64,000 nt of DNA from contig CBDFGR010000002.1 in the NCBI GenBank assembly GCA_965247115.1, positions 1,760,001 through 1,824,000 of the forward strand, written 5' to 3'. Source of the DNA: Myxococcota bacterium. GTDB taxonomy: Bacteria > Myxococcota_A > UBA9160 > SZUA-336. Under the pieces are notes generated by a model. The model was not told the origin of the DNA and searched no databases. It was given only the letters and a program-made list of their open reading frames with translations. This document shows positions 8,400 through 18,313 of this stretch, piece by piece. The position numbers and the translations under genes are program-made. Each line of letters starts with the position of its first letter. Within the stretch, counting starts at the first letter, position 1.

Positions 8400-10046
8400 G
8401 TGAGCAGCTCCCCGGCGCTCCCGCACGCTGCGGACGTGATCGTGATCGGCGGCGGGCCCGGTGGCTCAACCGCCGCCACCATGCTGGCGCGCAAGGGGCT
8501 GCGCGTTCTTCTCTTCGAGAAGGAGCAGTTCCCCCGGGGCCACGTAGGCGAGTCACTCCTGCCAGCGAGCCTTCCGATCCTCGAAGAGCTGGGCGCCCTC
8601 CCCGCCGTACAGGCCGAGGGCTTCGTCGAGAAGTGGGGTGCGACCATGGTCTGGGGCAACAGCGCCGAGCCCTGGAGCTGGTACTTCCGCGAGACGAGCG
8701 AACGCTACCCCCACTCCTACCAGGTGTGGCGCCCGCGCTTCGACCAGCTCCTGCTCGAGAACGCGCGCAGCTCGGGTGTGGACGTGCGCGAGGGACAGCG
8801 CGTGCATGAGGTCGTGTTCGAGAACGATCGCGCCACGGGTATCCGCAGCGTCGACGCGAACGGAAGAGCCGCCGAAGCCACGGCCGCCTTCGTTGTGGAC
8901 GCGAGCGGGCAATCCGCTCTGCTCGGAAGCAAGCTGGGACTGCGGCGCTGGGATTCGTTCTTCCGCAACCTCGCGATCTATGCCTACGTGAGCGGCGCGG
9001 AACGGCTGGATCCCCCGGACTCGGGCAACATCTTCATCGAGTCCACCCCGCACGGCTGGTTCTGGCAGATCCCGCTTCAGTCCGGCTGGACGAGCGTTGG
9101 GGTAGTCGTCGACCGCGAGCGCGCGCACTCGAGCATCAGCGAGCAGGGGGTCGACGGCTTCTTTCGCACGCAGCTCGCGCAAGCACCCCGCACCGCGGCG
9201 ATGCTCCGCGCGGCGGAGAGGGAGGCCGGTCCGTTCGTCGTCCGGGACTGGTCGTATCGTTCCGAACGGCTCGTGGGCGACGGCTACATCCTCGTGGGAG
9301 ATGCCGCCTGTTTCGTCGATCCGCTGTTCTCCTCGGGAGTCCACCTGGCCATGTCGTCCGGAGTGCTGGCCGCCGCGTACGTGACCTCCGCACTTCGAGA
9401 TCCCTCGCTGCGCGAAGCAGCAGCGGAGACCTACACGGAGCTCTACACCACCCAGTATGAACACTTCCACCAGCTGGCCAAGCTCTTCTACTCGTCGAAC
9501 CGCAACCGCGAGTCCTACTTCTGGGAGGCGCGCAGACTGCTCGAGGACGACGCAGCGCTCTCTCCCCGGCACGCCTTCATCCGGGCGGTAGCGGGACAGC
9601 CGCCCCAAGGCTACGAGCGAGCAGTCCTGGATCGGGGCGAGGCCCCTACGGTCTTTCACGAGAACGTGCGCGCAGTGGAATCCCAGCGTGCGCAACGTCG
9701 AAGGGAGCTCGGGCGCCTGGAGGCCGTGGGGGACGGTCTGCGCGACCTCGTTCCCAGGCTCGTCCCGGACCTGCGCGTCGAGCGCAGGCCCGTGTTGGGG
9801 GAGGGAGAGTTCGTCTGGGGTGAGGTGATCCTCTGCGCCGAGCGCTCCGACACGACTCCGTGTAGCCCGCTCGTCTCCGCCATGCTCGGGCTCGTCGACG
9901 GGCGTCGCTCACTGGCGGAGATCGAAGCTCTCCTCGCGGAAGGTCTGGAGGCAACCCCCAGCGGCCAGCTCGCTACCTACCTCGCCGGCGCCACGCGTGT
10001 CCTCTACGTGGATGGGCTGATCGCGGAGCTCCGTACGCCGTCCTGA
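8400..10046 (+). CDS. FAD-dependent halogenase with C-terminal extension
   Basis: GGGPGG FAD motif, GESL, Lys in GFVEKWG, WxWxIP (WFWQIP), GDAACFVDPLFSSGV. Confidence 0.85.
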   Translation: MSSSPALPHAADVIVIGGGPGGSTAATMLARKGLRVLLFEKEQFPRGHVGESLLPASLPILEELGALPAVQAEGFVEKWGATMVWGNSAEPWSWYFRETSERYPHSYQVWRPRFDQLLLENARSSGVDVREGQRVHEVVFENDRATGIRSVDANGRAAEATAAFVVDASGQSALLGSKLGLRRWDSFFRNLAIYAYVSGAERLDPPDSGNIFIESTPHGWFWQIPLQSGWTSVGVVVDRERAHSSISEQGVDGFFRTQLAQAPRTAAMLRAAEREAGPFVVRDWSYRSERLVGDGYILVGDAACFVDPLFSSGVHLAMSSGVLAAAYVTSALRDPSLREAAAETYTELYTTQYEHFHQLAKLFYSSNRNRESYFWEARRLLEDDAALSPRHAFIRAVAGQPPQGYERAVLDRGEAPTVFHENVRAVESQRAQRRRELGRLEAVGDGLRDLVPRLVPDLRVERRPVLGEGEFVWGEVILCAERSDTTPCSPLVSAMLGLVDGRRSLAEIEALLAEGLEATPSGQLATYLAGATRVLYVDGLIAELRTPS

Positions 10047-10067
10047 TCGATCCGCAAGACCTGCCGC

Positions 10068-10598
10068 TCAGGCGGAGCGCAGGTCGAGTTCGGGCTGGGT
10101 TAGCGCACCCTCGTGATGGAGCAGCCATTCCTTCATCGGGAGACCGCCACCGTAGCCAGTGAGGCTCCCGTCCGCGCCTATCACGCGATGGCAGGGGATG
10201 ATCACACCGATCGGATTCCGCCCGTTCGCCATCCCAACGGCTCTCGACGCAGAGGGTCGTTCGATCTGGCGCGCGAGCTCGCCGTAGCTCGTCGTCTCCC
10301 CGTAGGGGATGCGGAGCAGCTGTTGCCATACGCGCAGCTGGAAGGATGTACCTGCGGGGGCGAGCACGAGCTCATCAAAGCTCTTGCGTCGTCCTTCGAA
10401 ATACTCGCCCAGCGCAGACAGGGCAGCGGCGAGATGTCCGAGAGCGTCGGGGTCCGGGTCCGGGGGGTCGTGTGGGATCTTCTTCGAGCCGTCGACCTGA
10501 ACGTGGGTGAGTCCGCGCGCGCTGGCGCGGAGAGTCAATCTTCCGACCGGGGTCTCCATGCTCTGTTCTGCGATGGGGTTCGAGCTTTGGGGGTTCAA
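10068..10598 (-). CDS. ogt: Methylated-DNA-protein-cysteine methyltransferase
   Basis: IPYGETTSY, ASRAVG.AN..NP, active site PCHRV; TTG start overlapping alkA stop. Confidence 0.93.
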   Translation of the reverse strand: MNPQSSNPIAEQSMETPVGRLTLRASARGLTHVQVDGSKKIPHDPPDPDPDALGHLAAALSALGEYFEGRRKSFDELVLAPAGTSFQLRVWQQLLRIPYGETTSYGELARQIERPSASRAVGMANGRNPIGVIIPCHRVIGADGSLTGYGGGLPMKEWLLHHEGALTQPELDLRSA

Positions 10599-12076
10599 CG
10601 CGTGCTCCTTGTGTTCGGGCTGGGTTTCTCGGCGAGGCTGGCCCACAGCCACATGGCGGCATACGCGCGCCAGGGCCGCCAGCACTCCGATCTTCTGGCG
10701 AGGGCCGCCGCGCTCAGGCGCGCGCCGGGGAGCGCGCTGCGCAGGCCCAGATCACTCGCGGGGAAAGCGTCCGGCTCGCCGAGGGCGCGCATGGCGATGT
10801 ACTGTACGGTCCAGTCGCCGATGCCGGGGATCTCCAGCAGCGCCTGTCTGACATCCTCCGTTCGCACTACACCGTAAAGCGCCAGTTTTCCGGCCGAAAC
10901 GTCGCTGGCGAGCCGGCGGATTGTTGCGGCTCGAGCGCGGGGGATGCCGATGCTCGACACGTCCGCCTCGGCGAGCACCTCGGGAGTGGGGAAAAGATGC
11001 GTCAATGGCGCGAGCCCACACTCGCCGAGGGGTTTGCCAAAGCCGCGAACCAGCCGGCCGGCGAGCGTCGTCGCCCCTTTCACGGTGACCTGCTGGCCAA
11101 GTACGGCGCGGACCGCAAGCTCGAAGGGATCCCAGGCGCCGGGGATGCGAATACCGGGCCTCTTCTCGACGAGCCGAGTCAGCTCGGGGTCCTGCGTGAG
11201 GTCGGTGGCGATTTGAAGGGGGTTCGCCCGGAGGTCGAAGATGCGGCGGACCCCCTCCACCACGCCTCCGAGTCCCGAGGTCTCTCGGATGCGCACGCGG
11301 AGGACCAGCTGGGCTACCTTCGGATCCGGCCGAACCTCGAGCATTCCCACGACGCCGTCGAGTTCGATGGCCCGCCGGTAGCGGGTGCCATCCACGGACT
11401 CGACGCCAGGAATGGTTCTGGGCCCAAGGAACCCCAGCAGAGCGCCCCAGTCCAGCGGAGGGCGGTAGGCGAGCTTGATCGCAATCTCGCCTTCCGCGGA
11501 TTCCCCCCTCCGCCCCGCAGCCTCGCGGCGCAGCTGACTCGGGGGCCGGCCGAAGCTCGCCCGGATGGCCTGGTTGAACTGCCTGACACTCCCAAACCCC
11601 GAGGCCAGGGCGACCTCGGACATCGGCAGCTCCGTGTCGTCGATGAGACCGCGCGCGAAGTGCGTGCGACGCGTGCGCGCCACGGCCACGGGGGTGGTGC
11701 CGAGATGGCGCGTGAACAGCCGGCGTAGCTGGCGGGGTCCCAGTCCCAGCCGCTCAGCGAGGGCGTCCGCCTTCTGGGGCGCAATCGACCCCGTCGAGAT
11801 CAAGCGCAGCGCCCGCGACACGGTCGTGGAGCTACCGACCCAGGCCGGGCTACCGGGCGCGGCCTCCGGCCTGCAGCGGCGGCACGCCCGAAATCCCGCT
11901 GCCTCCGCCGCGGCGGCGCTGGGATAGAAGCGCACGTTCTCGCGCTTCGGCCCGACCACCGGACAGATGGGCCGGCAGTAGATGCCGGTGGTCACGACGC
12001 AACTGAAGAAGAGACCATCGAACCGACGATCCCGACTCCGCGACGCCCGCCAGCAGATCTCCTCGTCCAGCTGCAT
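10595..12076 (-). CDS. alkA: Ada Zn/AraC domain fused to AlkA 3-methyladenine glycosylase
   Basis: TTGIYCRPICP, GFRACRRC, AraC HTH, AVLGQQV, HhH PGIGDWT, WRPWRAYA. Confidence 0.93.
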   Translation of the reverse strand: MQLDEEICWRASRSRDRRFDGLFFSCVVTTGIYCRPICPVVGPKRENVRFYPSAAAAEAAGFRACRRCRPEAAPGSPAWVGSSTTVSRALRLISTGSIAPQKADALAERLGLGPRQLRRLFTRHLGTTPVAVARTRRTHFARGLIDDTELPMSEVALASGFGSVRQFNQAIRASFGRPPSQLRREAAGRRGESAEGEIAIKLAYRPPLDWGALLGFLGPRTIPGVESVDGTRYRRAIELDGVVGMLEVRPDPKVAQLVLRVRIRETSGLGGVVEGVRRIFDLRANPLQIATDLTQDPELTRLVEKRPGIRIPGAWDPFELAVRAVLGQQVTVKGATTLAGRLVRGFGKPLGECGLAPLTHLFPTPEVLAEADVSSIGIPRARAATIRRLASDVSAGKLALYGVVRTEDVRQALLEIPGIGDWTVQYIAMRALGEPDAFPASDLGLRSALPGARLSAAALARRSECWRPWRAYAAMWLWASLAEKPSPNTRSTR

Positions 12077-12082
12077 GACCAG

Positions 12083-12124
12083 AGTGTAAGGTCCGGGAAG
12101 TCCAGCGCTGGCTATTTTCGGACC
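12083..12124 (-). promoter_or_regulatory. Putative leaderless promoter and possible Ada-binding site of ada-alkA
   Basis: TACACT 6 nt before ATG; upstream gtccgaaaatagccag resembles motifs recalled ahead of ada/alkA genes (not verified). Confidence 0.35.
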
Positions 12125-12156
12125 TCACTTCTTGTTGGACCCCGCCCTCGGACGGC

Positions 12157-13095
12157 GTGTGTGCCCAAGTTCGAGCCCAAGTTCGCCGATGGGGCGGCGT
12201 GAGGGACGCTCGGGTCAAGCTCTCGGGGCATCGGGGCGTGAGTGTGGTGCCCGTGCAGGGTTGGCGGGCGGTGCTGTTTGGCTTGCCGTTCGTGGTCTGT
12301 GGGGTCGGAGCTGCGATCCTCGCGTCTCTCGGGCTGGGGTCGAGTGAGGCTCCGCCCGAGCTGGTGGTGCTGGGCGGGGTTGTCTTCGCGCTGGGCGGCG
12401 TCGTGCTGATGGTTCACGGCGTGCGGGGCCTGGGGCGCGGCAGGCGGCTGCATGCCGCGCAGGCACTTCGTCCGCACGAGCCGTGGGCGTGGGATTACGA
12501 CTGGGATACACGCGGCATCGACGCGCGCGGCTCGCGCGCGCTGCCTCGCTGGGGAGCTGCGAGCGCGGCGGCCACGCTTCTGCTCGTCCCGCTGCACCTC
12601 GGTCTGTTCGACCTCTCGCGTGGTGCGCTGGTGCTACCGCTCTGGCTTGCAGTCGTGGACCTGGGATGGGTCGTCACCCTGGTCTGGACGGCGCGCGTGG
12701 CGTTGCAGCGCCGCAGATTCGGCTCCCCCAGGCTCGGCTTTGCGCACTTCCCGTTCCGAGCGGGCGAGGTGCTTGAAGTCTACGTGGAGGGGGCGCGAGG
12801 CCTCGAGGCCCTGGAGCAGCTGGACTGCAGCCTGCGCTTCATCGAGGAGCAGTACGAAACGACCGGGAGCAACGGGGCCTACGAGGTGAACTCCTACCAG
12901 CTCTACTGCGACGAGCGCTCGCTCGAGCTGCGAATGTCCGGGCCGATCCAGCTGCGCTTCTCGCTACCGGAGTCTTCCTTCGCGACGCGTCTCAGCGCAC
13001 GCCCCGCCCGCTACTGGGAGCTCGCGTTGCGCGGCGGGGCCAAGGGCATCGACTTCTCCGCCAGCTTCGTGCTGCCGATCTACGAGAAGGCCTGA
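12157..13095 (+). CDS. Hypothetical membrane protein
   Basis: About four hydrophobic segments, then a soluble beta-rich C-terminus (YWEL...G.DF.A.F.LPIY); start uncertain. Confidence 0.7.
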   Translation: MCAQVRAQVRRWGGVRDARVKLSGHRGVSVVPVQGWRAVLFGLPFVVCGVGAAILASLGLGSSEAPPELVVLGGVVFALGGVVLMVHGVRGLGRGRRLHAAQALRPHEPWAWDYDWDTRGIDARGSRALPRWGAASAAATLLLVPLHLGLFDLSRGALVLPLWLAVVDLGWVVTLVWTARVALQRRRFGSPRLGFAHFPFRAGEVLEVYVEGARGLEALEQLDCSLRFIEEQYETTGSNGAYEVNSYQLYCDERSLELRMSGPIQLRFSLPESSFATRLSARPARYWELALRGGAKGIDFSASFVLPIYEKA

Positions 13096-13099
13096 CTCG

Positions 13100-14581
13100 T
13101 CAGCGAGCCAGGTTCGCCGCGGCTTTGCGCAGGGCGGCCTTGTCGATCTTCTTGCTTCCAGCGAGCGGCATATCGTTGATGAAGAGTACGTGCCGGGGGT
13201 GCTGGTAGGCAGGACCGTTCTCGAGCGCGAGCTTCTTCACGTCGCTCTCATCCAGGCTCGGCCCGGCGCCGCGGACAACGAAGGCCACCGGGATCTGGCC
13301 CTTGATGGGATCGTCGACGGGGACGACGGCTGCCTGCTGGATGCCGGGATGCCGCTCCAGCAAGGACTCCAGCTCGCCGGGATACACGTTCTCTCCTCCG
13401 CAGTTGAACATGTCGTCGACCCGTCCCACGAAGAAGTGGAAGCCGTTCGCATCCCTCCGCATCACGTCGCCCGTCCTGTACCAGCCCTTACCGAGCGCTT
13501 GATGGGTTGCATCTTCCAGGTTCAGGTAACCATCCATGAGACCCGGGCTGCGGATCCAGAGCTCGCCTTCGTTGTCACTCGCTCCGCCCACGAGGCGGGT
13601 CTCCACGTTGGGAAGCGGGTAGCCCAGCGAGATCGGCGGTGTCGGCTTGCGCTCCGGATGCATGCCGAACGCGGCGGGTCCGCTCTCGGTGGTGCCGTAG
13701 CCGTTCGCGATGGTCGCGTTCGGAAAGACGCCCTGCACCTCCTCGAGCAGCGCGTCGGTGAGCGGGGCCGAGCCGATCGTGATGCGCTGCACGCAGGAGA
13801 GGTCGCAACGGGCCAGTAGCTCCTTTTCCCTCACGACGAGGGCGTACATGGTCGGGACACCGCCAATCAACGTGCAGCGATGCTCGGCGATCGCCTGGAT
13901 GTAGTCGACCGCCGTGAAGCGCGGCAGCAGCACGATCCCGGCGCCCATCATGAGAGCCAGCTTGGAGGAGAACATGCCGTTCTTGTGGTAGAGCGGGGCC
14001 GCCACCAGCATGCGGTGGTCGGGCGGGATGAACTGCGGGGATGGCGCCAGCGCGCGCAGCGTCCAGAGCTGGCTCGCGTGGCTCTGCACCACCCCCTTCG
14101 GGCGTCCCGTCGAGCCGGAGGTGTAGAGCAGCACGCTCTCGCTCTCGTCGGAGAGCACAGCTGCGGGGAGCGATGCCCGCCCGCGATAGCTGTCGAGCTC
14201 CGTGTCGAGGTCCACCACGCGCATGCCTTCTGGGCAGAGGTCGGCGTGGTCAGCGTCGCAGAACCAGAGCTCGAGGCCGGCGTCCTCCCCGATCAATGCG
14301 ACGGTCTCGCGCGCGAGCTTGATGTTGATGGGAACGGGAACGATGCCGACCCGCAGCGCCGCGAATACGAGCTCGAGGAACTCGCCGCGATTGTGAGACA
14401 GGATTCCGAAGCGATCGCCGGCCCGGAGTCCGGCAGCCAGGAGTCCTCCAGCGAGCGCACCGCAACGGCGGTCGAGCTCGCGATAGGAGATCTCCTCCGG
14501 CTCGCCGGGCCGCGAGCGGTCGATGAGCGCGGTACCGTCCGTGTCCAGGTGCGCTGCGAGGATACCGCCGAGATTACTCAC
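13100..14581 (-). CDS. AMP-dependent acyl-CoA synthetase
   Basis: YTSGSTGRPKG, GYGTTE, GWYRTGD, GGENVYP. Confidence 0.93.
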   Translation of the reverse strand: MSNLGGILAAHLDTDGTALIDRSRPGEPEEISYRELDRRCGALAGGLLAAGLRAGDRFGILSHNRGEFLELVFAALRVGIVPVPINIKLARETVALIGEDAGLELWFCDADHADLCPEGMRVVDLDTELDSYRGRASLPAAVLSDESESVLLYTSGSTGRPKGVVQSHASQLWTLRALAPSPQFIPPDHRMLVAAPLYHKNGMFSSKLALMMGAGIVLLPRFTAVDYIQAIAEHRCTLIGGVPTMYALVVREKELLARCDLSCVQRITIGSAPLTDALLEEVQGVFPNATIANGYGTTESGPAAFGMHPERKPTPPISLGYPLPNVETRLVGGASDNEGELWIRSPGLMDGYLNLEDATHQALGKGWYRTGDVMRRDANGFHFFVGRVDDMFNCGGENVYPGELESLLERHPGIQQAAVVPVDDPIKGQIPVAFVVRGAGPSLDESDVKKLALENGPAYQHPRHVLFINDMPLAGSKKIDKAALRKAAANLAR

Positions 14582-15585
14582 GGGTGGACCAGGATCTTCC
14601 CGAAGAATCTTCGTTCCTCGAGCAGCTTGCAGGCCTCGATGCCGGATCTGAGTGGCAGGACGTGGTCGATCACAGGCGCGAGCTCACCGTCCTGTACGAG
14701 CTGCAGCAGAGCAAGTAGGTCCTGGCGCGTCCAGCCATTCGAACCCATCACGTTGAGCTCGCCCGTCCAGATGTAGCGGATGTCCGTCGGAGGTTCGAAG
14801 CCCGCGGTGGCACCGCAGGTCAGCAGCTTGCCTCCTCGCTTGACGCACTTGAGTGACTCCGGCCAGGTGTCGCCGCCCGTAAAGTTGATCACCACGTCGT
14901 AACCGCCGCCGCGCATCATGCCGCCGGTCCTCTCCCGGCAGTACTGGCGGAAGTCCGTCGTGGCGTAGTTGATGGTCTCGTCGGCTCCAAGCTCCACGAG
15001 CTTCGCGCACTTCTCGTCAGTGCCTGCAGCCGCGATCACGTGCGCGCCGCGCATCTTCGAGATCAGCAGAGAGCTCGTGCCGACGCCGCCGCTCGCGCTT
15101 AGGATGAGCACCGTCTGACCGGGCTGCACGTCGGCCCGCGTGATCATCATGCGATGCGACGTACCGTAGGCCACGGGCAGACACGCCGCATCATCGTCCG
15201 ATACGCCATCGGGGATAGCGATCAGCTGCGATTGGTCGACCACACAGTACTCGGCGAGCGCGCCCTTGCAGTTCTCGCCCAGCATCCGGAACTCGAAAGT
15301 CTCGGGATTCCGGTAGGCCGGGTCGACCGTGACCCGCTGTCCGATCTTCCAGCCCTCGACCCTGCCTCCGAGCTCGGCGATGCGGCCGGCGCAGTCGCCC
15401 CCGGTGATGCTCGGAAGCTCGATCTTGATCCCGGGCATGCCGCGGCGGCTGAAGATGTCGAGGTAGTTCAGCGAGCAGGCTCGCACCTCCACCAGCACCT
15501 CGCCTCGACCGACCTCCGGATCGGGAAAGCTTCCGTACTGGAGCACGTCTGCATCTCCGTGCTTCTCGAAGAAGACGGCCTTCAT
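14578..15585 (-). CDS. MDR-superfamily NAD(P)H oxidoreductase
   Basis: MKAV...HG..DVL, ASGGVG, FFGKILV. Confidence 0.9.
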   Translation of the reverse strand: MKAVFFEKHGDADVLQYGSFPDPEVGRGEVLVEVRACSLNYLDIFSRRGMPGIKIELPSITGGDCAGRIAELGGRVEGWKIGQRVTVDPAYRNPETFEFRMLGENCKGALAEYCVVDQSQLIAIPDGVSDDDAACLPVAYGTSHRMMITRADVQPGQTVLILSASGGVGTSSLLISKMRGAHVIAAAGTDEKCAKLVELGADETINYATTDFRQYCRERTGGMMRGGGYDVVINFTGGDTWPESLKCVKRGGKLLTCGATAGFEPPTDIRYIWTGELNVMGSNGWTRQDLLALLQLVQDGELAPVIDHVLPLRSGIEACKLLEERRFFGKILVHP

Positions 15586-15596
15586 CTCTCTCCTCC

Positions 15597-16019
15597 TTAT
15601 CCGCTCTGGGTCCCGTAGGTGCCCCTGCCGACGGCAACGAGGCGGTCCTTGTCATCGTGCACGTCGATGTCTACCAGTGCGATCGTGCGGCCCGCGCGCC
15701 GCACGCTGGCCGTTGCCCGCAGCGACGAGTCGACAACGGGTCTCAGGTAGTCGATGCGCAGGTTGATCGTGGGCACGCCGTAGCCGAGCACCGCCCACAT
15801 CACGTACGTCCCGGCGATGTCGATCAGCGAGGCAATCGGTCCGCCGTGAACCTGCGGCACCTCCTGCATGCGCTGGTACTCGTGTCGAAACGGCAGGCGC
15901 AGCACAAGGCGCTGGGCCTCCGCATCGATCTCATCGATCTCCATTCTGAGGAACTGGTGGAACGGCGCGTGCTCGAGGAACTTCTGCAGCTGCGCCCGAT
16001 CGAGCGGCGCCCCGCTCAT
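15597..16019 (-). CDS. PaaI-family hotdog thioesterase
   Basis: HGG.IASLID, TINLRIDYLRP. Confidence 0.9.
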   Translation of the reverse strand: MSGAPLDRAQLQKFLEHAPFHQFLRMEIDEIDAEAQRLVLRLPFRHEYQRMQEVPQVHGGPIASLIDIAGTYVMWAVLGYGVPTINLRIDYLRPVVDSSLRATASVRRAGRTIALVDIDVHDDKDRLVAVGRGTYGTQSG

Positions 16020-16645
16020 CGCAGCTCCACGCGCCCTCTGGGCGTATCCAGCGTCGCGACGATGGCAGGCTGCGGCGCCTGCGTTACCTCGAGATCCGAG
16101 CCGATCGCGGCCAGCTGAGCGCGGACCGGCTCGGGGTCCGGATGCTCAGCGCGGACGGCCACGAGTCTACAGCCCGTCGGCGAGCCTGCCGCCGGATGCG
16201 CGGTGGCGCCCCAGTCGATCAGGAAGGGGACGAGGCCATCCCCTCCGGGTGTCTGGCTCACGGTCAGGCGCCACTCGATGCGCTCGCCCTGCGGCGTATC
16301 CCGGCCCAGGTCGAGAACCACGCCGGCGTTGTAGCCCGCCTCCCTGGCGGCGGCGACACGAGCCTCCAGCTTTGACTCCTTTGCGGCCCAGCCAGCGAGG
16401 CGATTGCCGTCGTACTCATCCAGGCCGAAGGGCCGGGCGCGGTCGGGCAGGGGCTGATCCGGGTCGGGAGCAATCACTTCCAGGTACTGGTCGTCCCCGA
16501 GCGAGAGCAGTGCGTTGTGCGTGCCCAGGCCGACGTGCTTCCCGCCGGGACTGGCGCGCACGCCGAGCCGCTTCTCCAGATACTCGATCCCGGCCCCGAG
16601 TTCGGGCACGGCGTACACCAGATGGTCAAGTCGCAGCGTGTTCAT
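16016..16645 (-). CDS. VOC/glyoxalase-like protein (copy 2)
   Basis: LDHLVYAVP.L, GG.H...GT.NAL, YLEVIAPDP, PFLIDWG. Confidence 0.88.
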   Translation of the reverse strand: MNTLRLDHLVYAVPELGAGIEYLEKRLGVRASPGGKHVGLGTHNALLSLGDDQYLEVIAPDPDQPLPDRARPFGLDEYDGNRLAGWAAKESKLEARVAAAREAGYNAGVVLDLGRDTPQGERIEWRLTVSQTPGGDGLVPFLIDWGATAHPAAGSPTGCRLVAVRAEHPDPEPVRAQLAAIGSDLEVTQAPQPAIVATLDTPRGRVELR

Positions 16646-16660
16646 TTCTTTCGCTCCCTT

Positions 16661-17629
16661 CTAGATCCCGACGTGGGGCAGTACCTCGTCGCGCAGACGC
16701 TCGAACTGGCCCTCCTGATCCCACGAGGTCAGTCGCAGCGTGATGTGCTTGGCGCCCTCCCGCACGAGCGCATTCAGATCTTCGACGCACTGCTCGGGCG
16801 ATCCCGCAGCCGTCCAGGCCTCGACCGCCTCGCGTGGGAATACCGGACCATAGTATTCGACCAGAAAGCGCTCGCTCTCGTCGAGGGACTTCCCGCGGTC
16901 GGGACCGATGTTGATGTTGTGGTATGCGGCGGTCGGGAACGCGTCCGGATCGCGTCCCTGCTCGGCGAGCAGCTCCTGCAGTCTCTTCCAGCACTCTGCG
17001 AACGCGCCGGGGAAACGCTGAACCGTCATCCAGCCGTCCGCCTTGCTGGCCACGCGCTGCATCGCGCGTTCCATGAAACGGGGCGCTGGATTGGCCGCGA
17101 TCCAGATCGGGCAAGGAGCCTGCAGCGGCTGAGGGACGATGGAAACGTCTTCGAAGGAGGTGAACGTGCCTTGAAAGCTGCTTCGCTCTTCTCTCCAGAC
17201 CTGGCGACAGATCTCGATGTTTTCCTCGAGCCGAGCTGCCCGCTCGCGGTCCAACACGCCCCAGATTTCGCCCTCGGCCTTGCTCAGCCCACCGGCGACA
17301 AGACCCGTGCATGCCGCCAGCTGGGTGCGGCCGCCGGAGAAACGGTCGAGGGTGGCCCACTGGTAGGCGAAGACGAGCGGATCCCGGACCGGGAAGCTCG
17401 CCATGCAGGCGACCCCCAGGCGTAGCCGCTCGGTCTTGCCCGCCACGGCGCTCAGCAGGACCAGCGCCTCTGGTCTTGGCTTCGCCGTCAGGCTGTCCCC
17501 TACCCAGATCGTGTCGAAGAGCTCGCAGCCATCCACTTGTACGGCTGCGGCCAGCAGTCGCTCCGGACTGGTCAAGCCGAAGAAGATTCCGCGTTGGGGC
17601 AGGGTGAAGCCAAAGCTCGGTCTGTTCAT
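16661..17629 (-). CDS. LLM-class flavin/F420-dependent oxidoreductase
   Basis: FD.IWVGD, T.RLRLG, ATLD..SGGR, P.P.Q...PIWI, ADGW. Confidence 0.88.
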   Translation of the reverse strand: MNRPSFGFTLPQRGIFFGLTSPERLLAAAVQVDGCELFDTIWVGDSLTAKPRPEALVLLSAVAGKTERLRLGVACMASFPVRDPLVFAYQWATLDRFSGGRTQLAACTGLVAGGLSKAEGEIWGVLDRERAARLEENIEICRQVWREERSSFQGTFTSFEDVSIVPQPLQAPCPIWIAANPAPRFMERAMQRVASKADGWMTVQRFPGAFAECWKRLQELLAEQGRDPDAFPTAAYHNINIGPDRGKSLDESERFLVEYYGPVFPREAVEAWTAAGSPEQCVEDLNALVREGAKHITLRLTSWDQEGQFERLRDEVLPHVGI

Positions 17630-17641
17630 GGGGCCTCCTGT

Positions 17642-18274
17642 TCAGCGCAGCAGAACGCGCCCGTTTGGGCTGTCGATGCTTGCGATGAGGGCCGGCGTGG
17701 TGTCGACCCGTACGTCCAGCTCGACGCCCATGGCGGCGAGCCAGCTCTGGATCTGCGGCGGATCGGGATGCAGAGCGCGCAGCTCGATCAGCGAGCACCC
17801 CCTGGCCGAGGTGAGAGCGGGGTGCGGACAGGTCCCCCAATCGATCAGGAACGGGACGAGCCCATCGCCTCCCGGTACGATCGGTCGGGCCACCCGCCAG
17901 GCGAGGTGCGTGCCGTCCGGCAGATTGCGACTCAGGGGAAAGGCGGCTCCACCGTCGTACCCGGCCCTGCGTGCGCGCCTCAGGCGCGCCTCCAGATCAC
18001 CTTCCCGCGTCGCCCAGGTGACGACACGCGGCGTGACGAGGTCGTCGATGCCGAACGGTCGCGGATTCTCCGGCTCGCCCTGGTCGGGATCGGGACCGAT
18101 CACCTCGACGTAGCTGACATCCCCGAGCGAGAAGAGGGCGTTGCGTGAGCCCCGTCCCGGGTGAGCTCCTCCGTCGCTGAGCTCGATGCCGAGCCGCTGC
18201 GCGAGCTCGTCGCACGCTTTGGCCAGGTCGGGCACGGCGTAGACCAGGTGGTCGAGGGGGGGACTTGCTGCCAT
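17642..18274 (-). CDS. VOC/glyoxalase-like protein (copy 1)
   Basis: Same motifs as 16016-16645 (LDHLVYAVP, PDPDQ, RPFG.D, PGGDGLVPFLIDWG). Confidence 0.88.
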   Translation of the reverse strand: MAASPPLDHLVYAVPDLAKACDELAQRLGIELSDGGAHPGRGSRNALFSLGDVSYVEVIGPDPDQGEPENPRPFGIDDLVTPRVVTWATREGDLEARLRRARRAGYDGGAAFPLSRNLPDGTHLAWRVARPIVPGGDGLVPFLIDWGTCPHPALTSARGCSLIELRALHPDPPQIQSWLAAMGVELDVRVDTTPALIASIDSPNGRVLLR

Positions 18275-18313
18275 CGGTGTTCTCTGAGCGGTACGCTCGG
18301 ATCTGGTTCAGCC

